Notes: generated by a model from the letters alone, not told the origin. A stretch of DNA of 64,000 nt from Gammaproteobacteria bacterium (GCA_030432755.1 JAUILZ010000007.1:92389-156388), one strand, 5' to 3'; shown: positions 18,310-27,777, numbered from the stretch's first letter. Program-made: numbers and translations.

Positions 18310-19815
18310 ATGAAGTCCAGACAGGAAAAGATCGCGTTGTTCGACGCCGCCGCCCCGGAACGGGATCGCTGGCGCAGGCGCAATCACTATTACTACGACG
18401 CGCTCGAACGACTCTATCGTTTCCTCGTGCCCCGCGGGCGCAGGGTGCTGGAACTGGGCTGCGGCACCGGCGAACTGCTCGCCGCGGTGGAGCCAGCTGA
18501 AGGGCTCGGCGTGGACTTCTCGGCGGCGATGATCGACCTTGCACGCGCGCGTGCCTCCAGGGACGGGCTGCGCTTTGTCGAGGGCGATGCCGAAAGTTTC
18601 TCGCCAGACGAGACATACGATTACGTGCTCATGTCGGACCTGCTGGGGGAAAGCAGCGATGTCTGGACGCTGTTTCGCTGCGTGCGCGGTTACGCGGCCC
18701 CCCATACCCGTGTCGTCGCGTCCTACTTCAATCCCCTGTGGGAACCGGTGCTGCGGCTCGGCGAACGTTTTGGCCTCAAGATGCCCCAGGACCACCAGAA
18801 CTGGCTCTCGGTGGATGACGTCGAGAACCTGTTCGAGCTCTGTGGTTTCGAGGTGATCAAGTCCGGTCGGCGCCTGCTGTTCCCGCGCGCCGTTCCATTT
18901 CTCAGCGCCTTCGTCAACGGGTTTCTCGCCAACCTGCCTCTCATCAATCGGCTCTGCCTGGTCAACTACACCGTGGCCCGGCCGGTGGCGCCACGCGATG
19001 TCACCACCATCGGCAATCCGGTACGCGGGTCGATGGCCGCCGATACCCTTCCGGGCGTCTCGGTGATCATTCCCTGCCGCAATGAAAAGGGAAACATCCG
19101 CAACAGCATCCTGCGCGTACCGGAGATGGGTTCGTTTACCGAGGTCCTCTATGTGGACGGAAACTCCAACGATGGCACGGTCGAGGAGATCGAGAAGATC
19201 ATTGCCGAGTTCGGCGAGACGCGCGACATCCGCCTCATCCACCAGGTGCCGCCGTGGTCCGAGGATGGCCGCGGTCACGGACGGATGCTGAAGCTCGGCA
19301 AGGGCGACGCGGTGCGAAAGGGCTTCGCTGCCGCCAGGGGCGACGTGCTCATGATCCTCGACGCCGATCTCACGGTGATGCCCGAGGAACTGCCGAGATT
19401 CTACGAAGCGCTGGTGACCAACCGCGCGGAATTCATCAATGGCACGCGCCTCGTCTATCCCATGGAGCGTGAAGCCATGCGGACCCTCAACAAGATCGCC
19501 AATCGCCTGTTTGCGCTGGCGTTCTCGTGGCTACTCGGGCAACGACTCAGGGATACCCTGTGCGGCACCAAGGTGCTGTACCGCGAGGACTACGAGGCTA
19601 TCGCCCGGGGGCGCGCCTACTTCGGCGAATTCGATCCCTTCGGCGACTTTGACCTGCTGTTCGGTGCGGCCAAGCTGAACCTGCGCATCATCGACATGCC
19701 GGTGCACTATGCCGAACGGGTGTCCGGCGACATCAAGATCGAGCGCTTCCGTCATGGCGTGTTGCTGCTGCGGATGTGCGCGTTTGCCGCCGCCAAGCTG
19801 CGTTTTCTGCATTGA
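18310..19815 (+). CDS. Fusion protein: class I SAM-dependent methyltransferase (N-terminal) + family 2 glycosyltransferase (C-terminal)
   Basis: 501 aa. N-terminal VLELGCGTGELL, VEGDAE. C-terminal from about aa 245: VSVIIPCRNEKGNI, YVDGNSNDGT, ILDADL, DTLCGTKV (GT2 / polyprenyl-phosphate glycosyltransferase-like). Confidence 0.85.
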   Translation: MKSRQEKIALFDAAAPERDRWRRRNHYYYDALERLYRFLVPRGRRVLELGCGTGELLAAVEPAEGLGVDFSAAMIDLARARASRDGLRFVEGDAESFSPDETYDYVLMSDLLGESSDVWTLFRCVRGYAAPHTRVVASYFNPLWEPVLRLGERFGLKMPQDHQNWLSVDDVENLFELCGFEVIKSGRRLLFPRAVPFLSAFVNGFLANLPLINRLCLVNYTVARPVAPRDVTTIGNPVRGSMAADTLPGVSVIIPCRNEKGNIRNSILRVPEMGSFTEVLYVDGNSNDGTVEEIEKIIAEFGETRDIRLIHQVPPWSEDGRGHGRMLKLGKGDAVRKGFAAARGDVLMILDADLTVMPEELPRFYEALVTNRAEFINGTRLVYPMEREAMRTLNKIANRLFALAFSWLLGQRLRDTLCGTKVLYREDYEAIARGRAYFGEFDPFGDFDLLFGAAKLNLRIIDMPVHYAERVSGDIKIERFRHGVLLLRMCAFAAAKLRFLH

Positions 19816-19856
19816 CAGGACCCGCCACCACGGTACGCGCGGATAAACGCGCCGTC

Positions 19857-20810
19857 TCAGGCAACGACGCGCAGCGGATCGCCTGAAAGCCAGGCGGAAA
19901 GGTTTTCCGCCATCTGCGCCACCAGCCGCTCGCGGCTCTCCCGGGTGCCCCAGGCAGTGTGCGGGGTGACGATGAGATTGGGTATATCCGCGGCCAGCAG
20001 TGGATGGTCCTCTGGCGGCGGCTCCTCGTCGAGAACGTCGATCCCGGCCCCGCCGATTTCACCCGCGCGCAGTGCATCCGCCAGCGCCGGCGCGTCGACG
20101 ATGGCGCCGCGCGCGGTATTCACCAGGATCGCGTCGTCGCGCATCCGGCGAAACGCATCCATGGAGAGCAGGTGATGCGTCTCCGGTGTCAGAGGACAGT
20201 GGAGACTGATGACGTCCGCGGCGCCGAGAAATTCCGCCATGGGCAGACGATCCCCGGATGGTGTCGTGCCGGGGCGAGCGGCGACGATCACCTTCATGCC
20301 GAAAGCCCGACCGATATCCGCCACCCGGCCGCCGAGATCGCCGAGACCAACGATGCCGAGTGTCCTGCCCTCGAGTTCGCGGATGGGGTGGTCCAGCAGG
20401 CAGAACACGTCACTATCGCTCCACTTGCCGGCGCGCACGTCGTCGCGGTACGCGGGCAGGTTGGTAAGCAGCGCCAGCATGAGGGTGAAGGTGTGCTGCA
20501 CCACCGCGGGACGCGAATACTGGCGCGCATTGCACACCACGATGCCGCGTTCCCGGCAGGTTTCGAGATCCACGTTGTCGGTACCGGTAGCGGCAATCAG
20601 TACGAGCTTGAGCGCGGGCGAGCAGAGTATGGTTTCGCGATCGAGACGCACCTTGTTGGTGATCACAACCGCCGCGCCGTCGATCCGTTCCGCTGCCTGT
20701 TCATGGCGCGTCGCCGGGAAATGGTCCCAGTGATCGAGCTGATCCAGCAGTGAACCGATGTCGATATCGTCGCGATCGAGTGAGCGCTGGTCGAGGATGC
20801 AGCCTTTCAT
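19857..20810 (-). CDS. D-isomer-specific 2-hydroxyacid dehydrogenase (glycerate dehydrogenase-like)
   Basis: 317 aa. GTDNVDL, NAD fold GIVGLGDLGGRVA, LVNTARGAIVD, PHTAWGT. Confidence 0.88.
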   Translation of the reverse strand: MKGCILDQRSLDRDDIDIGSLLDQLDHWDHFPATRHEQAAERIDGAAVVITNKVRLDRETILCSPALKLVLIAATGTDNVDLETCRERGIVVCNARQYSRPAVVQHTFTLMLALLTNLPAYRDDVRAGKWSDSDVFCLLDHPIRELEGRTLGIVGLGDLGGRVADIGRAFGMKVIVAARPGTTPSGDRLPMAEFLGAADVISLHCPLTPETHHLLSMDAFRRMRDDAILVNTARGAIVDAPALADALRAGEIGGAGIDVLDEEPPPEDHPLLAADIPNLIVTPHTAWGTRESRERLVAQMAENLSAWLSGDPLRVVA

Positions 20811-21244
20811 GGATCGCCATCCAGATCCGGAACCTGGTATTTGATCCGCAACATCTTCTCCCTCGCGCGTTTTCCCGGACGCCGTCGATCGAAACGCAGG
20901 CCCTCACGCCGGGCCTTGTCCAGGGCGGCCTGTTCCTCGCGCGCCACGATACTGTCCGGGGTCTCGCGGTAAAGCTGCGCCGCCAGTGGTGCGCCGAGCC
21001 GCCTGGGGGACAGATCGATTACTTCCACGGTGAATTCCCGGGAATCCCGACGAATACGCAATTCATCCCCGGGTCTGATCAGGCGCGCTGGCTTGCAGCG
21101 TTGTCCGTTGAGCCACACGTGCCCGCCGGTCACGGCTTCGTTGGCCACCTTGCGTGTACGAAAGAAACGGCTGGTCCATAGCCAGGTGTCCAGCCGCTGG
21201 GAATCCGGATCACTGTCGCCGGGCGCGCCGGGGTTGGATTTCAT
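20807..21244 (-). CDS. hslR: Ribosome-associated heat shock protein Hsp15 (S4 RNA-binding domain)
   Basis: 145 aa. QRLDTWLWTSRFFRTRKVANEAVTGGHVWLNGQRCKPARLIRPGDEL (S4 domain) with a basic C-terminal tail. Its stop overlaps the start of the downstream dehydrogenase gene. Confidence 0.85.
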   Translation of the reverse strand: MKSNPGAPGDSDPDSQRLDTWLWTSRFFRTRKVANEAVTGGHVWLNGQRCKPARLIRPGDELRIRRDSREFTVEVIDLSPRRLGAPLAAQLYRETPDSIVAREEQAALDKARREGLRFDRRRPGKRAREKMLRIKYQVPDLDGDP

Positions 21245-21299
21245 CGATTTATTTTACACGATAGAATGCGGACGCTTACTCAATTCCCACCAGGTCCCG

Positions 21300-21941
21300 A
21301 TGCACAGAATCCTCCACGCCACGCTGCTGGCGGCCGCCTCGCTCGTGCTTGCGCAACCCGTTCATGCGCTCGGGCCGGTGGATGGCGAGGTCATCGTATC
21401 GCTGTGGAACAACCACTTCGAATCGGACCTTGGGAACGGCGAGGCGGACGTCGGCTCACTCACCGCGAGTGGTGAATTGTGGTTTGGTGATAACTGGGGT
21501 ATGCGGGCGGCATACTTCGAGTCCGACCTCGAGGAGACCGCGCTCGAGAATGAAACCCGCGCGCAGGTCGAACTGCGCAGGCGGTTCCTGTCGGTAAGTG
21601 ACAATAATTTCCTGGCCCTCGGCCTGGGCGCGGAATCCATCGACCTGGCAAGCGGTGACTCCACCAGCGGTGTCCGCCTGTCCATCGCGGGGAGGCTGGC
21701 GCTGGCGCCGATCAGTTACTTCTATGGCCGCGCGGCCTACCTGCCATGGATGGAGGACGCCGGTGAGTTCACCGGTATCGCGGGATCCGAACTGGAAGTC
21801 GGCATCAGCTTCACGCCGTTCCCGTTCGTGTCACTCAAGCTCGGCTACCTGGTGCTTGATCTCGACTACGAGCAGGATGGCAGCGGTGGCGGCAGCGCGC
21901 GCTCGGATGGCTTTCTCATCGGCGCCGGCGTGCACTGGTAA
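21300..21941 (+). CDS. Small outer-membrane beta-barrel protein (putative)
   Basis: 213 aa. Signal peptide MHRILHATLLAAASLVLAQPVHA, alternating hydrophobic beta-strand pattern, and C-terminal aromatic FLIGAGVHW. The start is taken at the ATG at 21300. Confidence 0.65.
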   Translation: MHRILHATLLAAASLVLAQPVHALGPVDGEVIVSLWNNHFESDLGNGEADVGSLTASGELWFGDNWGMRAAYFESDLEETALENETRAQVELRRRFLSVSDNNFLALGLGAESIDLASGDSTSGVRLSIAGRLALAPISYFYGRAAYLPWMEDAGEFTGIAGSELEVGISFTPFPFVSLKLGYLVLDLDYEQDGSGGGSARSDGFLIGAGVHW

Positions 21942-21971
21942 CACCACGTTAAAGTAGGGGGCGTCCACGAA

Positions 21972-22679
21972 ATGACCGACAAGCCAGCGCAGTCGAAGCG
22001 CGCCTCCAATGCGGGGCTGTTGCAGGGTCTCCCGGACGCGGAACTCGAGGCGGTCATCGAGCAGTGTACGCGTCGCGCCTGCCCGCGCGACGCCCAGGTG
22101 GTGCGGCAACATGACCGCGATGACAATATCTACCTGGTGGAAGAAGGTCTGCTTGGCGTGGCCCAGTATGCCGCTTCCGGGCGCGAGGTGGGGTATCGTG
22201 AACTCGGACCCGGGGATAATTTCGGCGAACTGTCAGCCATCGACGGCAGGCCGCGTTCCGCGAGCGTGATCGCCCTGCGGGACAGCGAGGTCACCGTGAT
22301 GCCTTTCCATGTATTCGAATCGCTGGTGCATCACAGCGGGCCGGTGCGCATCCGGCTTTTGCGTCACCTCACCGGCATGGTGCGCAGGCTGAGCGAACGC
22401 GTGTACGAGTTCTCCACCCTCGGCGTGAACAACCGGATACACGCGGAACTCCTGCGACTGGCGCGCAAGGGCGAGGATCTCGACGGCGTGGCGCGCATTC
22501 ACCAGCCACCGACCCATACACAGTTTGCCGGTCGTGTCAGTTGCAATCGCGAAGCGGTGAGTCGCGAACTTGGTCGCCTCGAGAAACAGGGCATTCTGCG
22601 ACGGATGCGCGGGCGCTGGGAAATTCCGGACATGGCGGCGCTCAAGGCACTGGTCGATGATGTCCAGAACGAGCGCTGA
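21972..22679 (+). CDS. Crp/Fnr-family transcriptional regulator
   Basis: 235 aa. cNMP-binding fold (GDNFGELSAIDGRPRSASVIAL) and C-terminal HTH (THTQFAGRVSCNREAVSRELGRLEKQGIL). Confidence 0.85.
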   Translation: MTDKPAQSKRASNAGLLQGLPDAELEAVIEQCTRRACPRDAQVVRQHDRDDNIYLVEEGLLGVAQYAASGREVGYRELGPGDNFGELSAIDGRPRSASVIALRDSEVTVMPFHVFESLVHHSGPVRIRLLRHLTGMVRRLSERVYEFSTLGVNNRIHAELLRLARKGEDLDGVARIHQPPTHTQFAGRVSCNREAVSRELGRLEKQGILRRMRGRWEIPDMAALKALVDDVQNER

Positions 22680-22692
22680 CGGCCGGTAGTCC

Positions 22693-23271
22693 ATGGAACA
22701 CATCCTGGGAGCGCTGGGGCGATTCTCGCCGTCATTGATTGACACAGACGGCATGCGCCGCGCCGCCGTAGCGATGATCCTGCGGCCCGGAAAGGAGGGG
22801 GACGTGGAGGCACTGTTTATCCAGCGCGCCGAGTCTGAAAATGATCCCTGGTCGGGCCAGCTGGCGTTTCCGGGAGGCGGACTCGAGCCTAATGACGACA
22901 GTCTCGCGGACGCCGCCCTGCGGGAGACCCGGGAAGAAATTGGCGTGGACCTGCGCCACGATCTCCAGGTAGGACGTATCGACGATCTACAGGGCAGCAA
23001 CCGCGGCGGATCATTGAATCTTGCCATCAGCTGCTTTATCTACCACCTGGATCACGAGCCGTCGCCGAAACCAAACTACGAGGTGGCGGACATATTCTGG
23101 AGTCCCCTTTCCCTGCTGCGCGACGAGTCGCGCCAGCTCCAGTACCTTACCCGGTTTCGCGAGAGTCCCTACCCCGGCATCCACCTGGGTCACGCGCGCA
23201 CCGGCGCGGACCGGATACTGTGGGGGCTGACCTACCGCTTCGTCCAGCGCTTTCTCGAGGTTACCGCCTGA
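22693..23271 (+). CDS. NUDIX hydrolase, CoA pyrophosphatase-like
   Basis: 192 aa. RRAAVAMIL, LFIQRAESENDPWSGQLAFPGG, and Nudix box GGGLEPNDDSLADAALRETREEIG. Confidence 0.85.
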   Translation: MEHILGALGRFSPSLIDTDGMRRAAVAMILRPGKEGDVEALFIQRAESENDPWSGQLAFPGGGLEPNDDSLADAALRETREEIGVDLRHDLQVGRIDDLQGSNRGGSLNLAISCFIYHLDHEPSPKPNYEVADIFWSPLSLLRDESRQLQYLTRFRESPYPGIHLGHARTGADRILWGLTYRFVQRFLEVTA

Positions 23272-23277
23272 GCGCGA

Positions 23278-23964
23278 TCATTCCCTGAGCTGGATCACGA
23301 GGCGACCGTCGCTGACGGAAATGTTTTCCACCCCTTCCGAGAACGACTGCCAGAATCCCGCGCTGCCGCCAAATTCGCTAACCAGGTCGACGTTCTTCAT
23401 GTTGCCGAGCCAGGCATTGGGCAGGGGCACGCCCATGACGCTGACACCGCGCAGGATCACGATGGGCTTCTGCTCGCGGAAGGCGAGTTCCATGCCCGCG
23501 GTGATCTTCAACGTCTTGCCGCCCATCACGGGGAAATCAGGATCCAGCGGTATCAGCAGCTTGCCGCTGGCGAGGTCGTCGGAAAGGTCTATGGCGAGCT
23601 TCTGCGCGAGATCGGTGTTGTTCGCCAGCAAGCCGTTGAGCTCGCGCTCCGTAAGTTCGATTCGCCGGTCGGCCCCCGATTCGCTGTAGCGCTCGGGCTC
23701 AAGCGGCACGCTTCCGCTATCGGTGCCGCCACTGCCGGTGCTGCTGCCTCCCCGACCGAAGCCGTCGAACACGCGCAGCTTCTGGTCCAGCACCTGCTGC
23801 TCCGACTGGCTGAGTTCCACCGGCTTGAACTGCCGCGGGAAGATGTACTGCGTCAGTACCCAGACGGTGATGCCAACGGAGAGCAACACGCTGACCAGGA
23901 CGATGGCGCCGATCATCAGGCAGCCTGGCCGGTGGTTCTCTGCGGGAGGTTGTACGGATTCCAT
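23278..23964 (-). CDS. Hypothetical single-pass membrane protein
   Basis: The start is taken at MESVQ (ATG at 23964). One TM helix (MIGAIVLVSVLLSVGITVWVL), a Gly/Ser linker, and a ~130-aa C-terminal domain. No family was recognised. Confidence 0.55.
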   Translation of the reverse strand: MESVQPPAENHRPGCLMIGAIVLVSVLLSVGITVWVLTQYIFPRQFKPVELSQSEQQVLDQKLRVFDGFGRGGSSTGSGGTDSGSVPLEPERYSESGADRRIELTERELNGLLANNTDLAQKLAIDLSDDLASGKLLIPLDPDFPVMGGKTLKITAGMELAFREQKPIVILRGVSVMGVPLPNAWLGNMKNVDLVSEFGGSAGFWQSFSEGVENISVSDGRLVIQLRE

Positions 23965-24257
23965 GGTAGCCGGGGTGGGGAAAGTCGCGATTATATCGGT
24001 GGGCGCGTCCGGTGGACTCCCCGGGCGGCCCGCAGGCGTTGCCCGGTCCCAGGGTGTAGCCAGCAACCCGCGTGTCGTCGGAAACGGTCTCGTTGGCGGG
24101 TTTTCACGTCGCCCACCAGTGACAGACGCGAACGCCGTATACGGAGAAATAACGAGTTAAATATCCAAAACTAGAAATCACTTTAAGTACGAGGCGACCC
24201 CGCTGATTTTCTCTTAAAAATCAACAAGATTTTGCTCGGGGATTCCCGGGATTTTCC

Positions 24258-24287
24258 TTGACAACGTGAGACGTTGGCTCATATAGT
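24258..24287 (+). promoter_or_regulatory. dcw-cluster promoter (Pmra-like sigma70 promoter)
   Basis: TTGACA (24258-24263), an 18-nt spacer, then TATAGT (24282-24287). It is preceded by an A/T-rich stretch, and the -10 ends 53 nt upstream of the mraZ ATG. Confidence 0.6.
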
Positions 24288-24310
24288 GCAAATAAGTGGG
24301 AGAAAGTGGG
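24285..24310 (+). promoter_or_regulatory. Putative MraZ operator: three direct repeats at 10-bp spacing
   Basis: AGTGCA (24285), AGTGGG (24295), AGTGGG (24305), that is aAGTGGGagaAAGTGGGa. This matches the GTGGG / AAAGTG-type direct repeats reported as MraZ binding sites overlapping the mraZ promoter. Confidence 0.55.
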
Positions 24311-24340
24311 AATTTCTTCACATATCCGGGTAATTTCAGC

Positions 24341-24799
24341 ATGTTCCGCGGCGCCAGCGCACTCAACCTCGACAACAAGGGCAGGCTTGCCATTCCGGTG
24401 GGTCACCGGGACGCCATTGTCGAACGCTGTGGCGGAAAACTCGTGGTAACGGTCAACAATTCACGCGAGAACTGCCTCTGGCTCTATCCCATGGACGTCT
24501 GGACGGAGGTGGAGGCCAAGGTGGTCAACCTTCCCAGCTTCGACCCGGCCCACCAGAGACTAAAGCGCTTCCTCATCGGCTACGCCAGTGACGTGGAGAT
24601 GGATCGCAGCGGCCGCATCCTGCTTCCTGCTCCACTCAGGGAATTCGCCATGCTCGAAAAGGCGGTGTTCCTGGTGGGGCAGGGCAACAAGTTCGAGATC
24701 TGGAGCGAGGGGCTATGGAACGCCAAGTGCGGCGAGTGGCTCAAGGAAGAGATCGGCGGCGAAGAGATGTCCGCCGAGCTCCGGCAGATCTCACTCTAG
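24341..24799 (+). CDS. mraZ: Transcriptional regulator MraZ
   Basis: 152 aa. MFRGASALNLDNKGRLAIP and a second repeat MDRSGRILLP (duplicated MraZ/SpoVT-AbrB motif). The start is taken at the ATG at 24341. Confidence 0.93.
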   Translation: MFRGASALNLDNKGRLAIPVGHRDAIVERCGGKLVVTVNNSRENCLWLYPMDVWTEVEAKVVNLPSFDPAHQRLKRFLIGYASDVEMDRSGRILLPAPLREFAMLEKAVFLVGQGNKFEIWSEGLWNAKCGEWLKEEIGGEEMSAELRQISL

Positions 24800-24803
24800 G
24801 CGC

Positions 24804-25748
24804 ATGGTGCAAATGGCAGAGGAGCGCGATGGACATGTCCCGGTGCTCCGCGAAGAGGTCGTGGCCGCGTTGAACATCGCCCGCGACAGCGTGGTGGTGG
24901 ACGCCACCTACGGCCGTGGCGGCCATACCCGGGCGATCATGGCCCGGCTCGGAGAGGGTGGGCGCATGGTGGTGATCGATCGCGATCCGGAGGCCGTGGC
25001 CAGGGCGCGGGAGGAATGGTCCGCGGACCAGCGCATCGACATCGTCCAGGCGCCGTTTTCGCGCCTGCGCGCCATTCTCGAGGACTACGATCTCTGCGGT
25101 CATGTCACCGGAATCCTGTTCGACCTCGGGGTGTCCTCGCCACAGCTCGATGATGCAAGCCGCGGCTTCAGCTTTTCCCATGACGGCCCGCTGGACATGC
25201 GCATGAATCCCGCCAGCGGGATCGGCGCCGCGGACTGGCTCGAGCAGGTGGAAGAAGCGGATCTCGTGCGCGTGCTGAAGACGCTCGGCGAGGAGCGCTT
25301 CGCGCGCCGCGTCGCCGCGAGCATCAAGGCCCATGGCCGCTTCGACACCACCGGCGAGCTGGCGCGCGTCGTTGCCGGCGCGGTGCCCACCCGCGAACCC
25401 GGCAAGCATCCGGCCACGCGCACCTTCCAGGCCATCCGCATGGCGGTCAACCGGGAGCTCGAGGAGATCGAATCGGTATTGCCCCAGGCCCTGGATGCGC
25501 TGGCGCAAGGTGGCCGGCTGGTGGTGATCAGCTTCCATTCGCTGGAGGACCGCCTCGTCAAGCGCTTCATCCGCGACCAGAGCCGTGGCGATCCGTATCC
25601 ACCCGACCTGCCGGTGCGCCATGACATGCTGAATCCCCGGCTTCGACCCGTAGGCAAGGCGACGCGCGCCAGCGGCGACGAATTGCACGCCAATCGCCGG
25701 GCGCGCAGCGCGGTGCTGCGCGTGGCGGAGAAGGTGTCCGCCACATGA
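24804..25748 (+). CDS. rsmH: 16S rRNA (cytosine1402-N4)-methyltransferase RsmH
   Basis: GHVPVLREEV, DATYGRGGHT, LFDLGVSSPQLD, SFHSLEDRLVK. The start is taken at the ATG at 24804. Confidence 0.95.
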   Translation: MVQMAEERDGHVPVLREEVVAALNIARDSVVVDATYGRGGHTRAIMARLGEGGRMVVIDRDPEAVARAREEWSADQRIDIVQAPFSRLRAILEDYDLCGHVTGILFDLGVSSPQLDDASRGFSFSHDGPLDMRMNPASGIGAADWLEQVEEADLVRVLKTLGEERFARRVAASIKAHGRFDTTGELARVVAGAVPTREPGKHPATRTFQAIRMAVNRELEEIESVLPQALDALAQGGRLVVISFHSLEDRLVKRFIRDQSRGDPYPPDLPVRHDMLNPRLRPVGKATRASGDELHANRRARSAVLRVAEKVSAT

Positions 25749-26029
25749 GTCGGCTGCAGGTATTTTTCCTGTTTCTGGTGCTGGTGAGCGCCGTGGCGGT
25801 GGTCACGGTGCGGCATGAGAACCGTCTCGCCTTCGTCGCGTTGCAGAACCAGGAAAAGCGCCACGACGATCTGCAGGCGGAATGGGGACGGCTGATGATC
25901 GAGCGCGCCACCTGGACCCGCCAGCACAACGTCGCCGACGACGCCCGCAAGCGCCTCGACATGAGCGCGCCGGCGCCAGACCGGATCGTCACACTGAAGC
26001 TGGAACTCGATCGGAGCACGAACCGATGA
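25745..26029 (+). CDS. ftsL: Cell division protein FtsL
   Basis: 94 aa. One TM helix (FFLFLVLVSAVAVV) followed by a leucine-zipper-like helix. It sits between rsmH and ftsI with overlapping stop/start codons. Confidence 0.85.
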   Translation: MSRLQVFFLFLVLVSAVAVVTVRHENRLAFVALQNQEKRHDDLQAEWGRLMIERATWTRQHNVADDARKRLDMSAPAPDRIVTLKLELDRSTNR

Positions 26030-27777
26030 ATGGCGCGGCGTACTCTCAGCCGGCCGTCGGAAGCGGAGCGCGACGGCGCGTCCAGCGGCCGCCGGTTTGG
26101 CGTCAGTACCTCGTCCTGGGCCTGATGTTCGTCGGCCTCGGAGCCACCGCGCTACGTGTCGTCCAGATCCAGGTGGTGGAGCAGGGCCACCTGCGCGCCC
26201 AGGGGGATGCGCGTTATCTCAGGGAGATCGTCGTCCTGCCCCAGCGCGGCAGGATCCTCGACCGCAACGGCCAGGTGCTGGCGGTGAGCACGCCGGTGGA
26301 ATCGCTGTGGGCGGAGCCCGGGGTGTTTTGCGCGGCGCGCGACGAGTGGAAGCCGATGCTCGGGCTGCTCGACCTGCGCGCGCGTGATCTCCAGGCGGCC
26401 TGCGAACGCCGCGAGGGCGACGGCTTCATGTACCTCAAGCGCCGCCTGCCGCCGCCGCTGGCGGAGGAAGTGCTCGCGCTCAACATCCCCGGGGTGGAAC
26501 GTCAGCGGGAATATCGCCGTTACTATCCTGACGGCCCCGTGGGCGCGCACCTGGTGGGCTTCACCGACGTCGATGACGCCGGACAGGAAGGCCTGGAGCG
26601 GCAGTTCAATGCCCTGTTGTCGGGCGCCCCGGGACGCAAGCTGGTGCTGAAGGATGTTGCCGGGCACTACGTGGAAAGCGTGGAGAGTGTCGAGCAGGTG
26701 CGCCACGGCGAAGACCTGCGCATCAGCGTGGACCAGCGGGTCCAGTCTCTCGCGGCGGCTTACCTCGAAAAGGCGGTGCAGAAACACAATGCCGCCGGCG
26801 GCAGCGTGGTGGTGCTGTCCATCCCGAGCGGCGAGATCCTGGCGATGGTGACGTCGCCGCAATTCAATCCCAACGATCGCGGCACGCTCAAGAGCGGGGT
26901 GTTCCGCAACCGCACCGTCACCGACGTGGTGGAGCCCGGATCAACCGCCAAGCCGTTCACCGTGGCGATGGCGCTCGACAGCGGCCAGGTGGGGGCGAAT
27001 ACCATGGTGGATACCGCCCCAGGCTGGTATCGCATCGGCGGCAGCACCATTCGCGACGTCCACGACTACGGCGAGATATCGGTGTTCGACGTGCTCGTGC
27101 ATTCGAGCAACATCGGCTCCGCCAAGATCGCGATGGCATTCCCCTTCGATCGCCTGTTCGAGACACTGCAATCGGTGGGCTTTGACGAACCGGCCGGCGA
27201 CCTGCCCGGAGAGATTCGCGGCGCGCTCGTAAGACGCAGCCGCCCCATCGAGCATGCCACCATCTCGTTCGGCTACGGCTTTTCCGTGACCCCGCTGCAG
27301 CTGGCCCGGGCCTATACCGCCCTGGCGACGGACGGCGAGCTGCTACCGGTGACCCTGAAACCGATGCCCGAGGGGTTCCGCCCGCGAGGAGAGCGGGTGT
27401 TCACAGCGCCCACGGTGGAGCGGCTGCGCGCGATGATGGAGAAGGTCGCCACCCCAGATGGCACCGCGCGCAAGGCGCGTATCCCGCGTTACCGGGTGGG
27501 CGGCAAGACCGGTACCACCCACAAGCTGGTGGACGGCAACTACAACAACCGCCGCTATATCAGCCTGTTCGCCGGCATGGTGCCGATCTCCGCGCCGCGT
27601 TTCGTGATCGTGGTGACCGTGGATGATCCGCGGGGCAAGCTCTACTATGGCGGCGATGTCGCGGCGCCGGTGTTTTCCGAGCTCTCCGGGGACCTGATGC
27701 GACTCTATAACGTGCCGCCGGACGGACTGGAGGATACCCGTATCACGGGCGTCGAAGGCTCGGAGGATCCCGCGTGA
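26026..27777 (+). CDS. ftsI: Peptidoglycan D,D-transpeptidase FtsI (PBP3)
   Basis: S-x-x-K GSTAKPF, SSN (HSSNIGSAK) and KTGT motifs, plus an N-terminal TM. The start is taken at the ATG at 26026. Confidence 0.95.
   Translation: MNGAAYSQPAVGSGARRRVQRPPVWRQYLVLGLMFVGLGATALRVVQIQVVEQGHLRAQGDARYLREIVVLPQRGRILDRNGQVLAVSTPVESLWAEPGVFCAARDEWKPMLGLLDLRARDLQAACERREGDGFMYLKRRLPPPLAEEVLALNIPGVERQREYRRYYPDGPVGAHLVGFTDVDDAGQEGLERQFNALLSGAPGRKLVLKDVAGHYVESVESVEQVRHGEDLRISVDQRVQSLAAAYLEKAVQKHNAAGGSVVVLSIPSGEILAMVTSPQFNPNDRGTLKSGVFRNRTVTDVVEPGSTAKPFTVAMALDSGQVGANTMVDTAPGWYRIGGSTIRDVHDYGEISVFDVLVHSSNIGSAKIAMAFPFDRLFETLQSVGFDEPAGDLPGEIRGALVRRSRPIEHATISFGYGFSVTPLQLARAYTALATDGELLPVTLKPMPEGFRPRGERVFTAPTVERLRAMMEKVATPDGTARKARIPRYRVGGKTGTTHKLVDGNYNNRRYISLFAGMVPISAPRFVIVVTVDDPRGKLYYGGDVAAPVFSELSGDLMRLYNVPPDGLEDTRITGVEGSEDPA

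Noticed and set aside
23965-24340. Possible RNase P RNA (rnpB), which I recall lying next to mraZ in Pseudomonas.
   Set aside because: The conserved rnpB blocks (GGAAAGTCCGGGCT, ACAGAACCCGGCTTA) are absent on either strand. Only a chance GGGGAAAGTCGCG is present.
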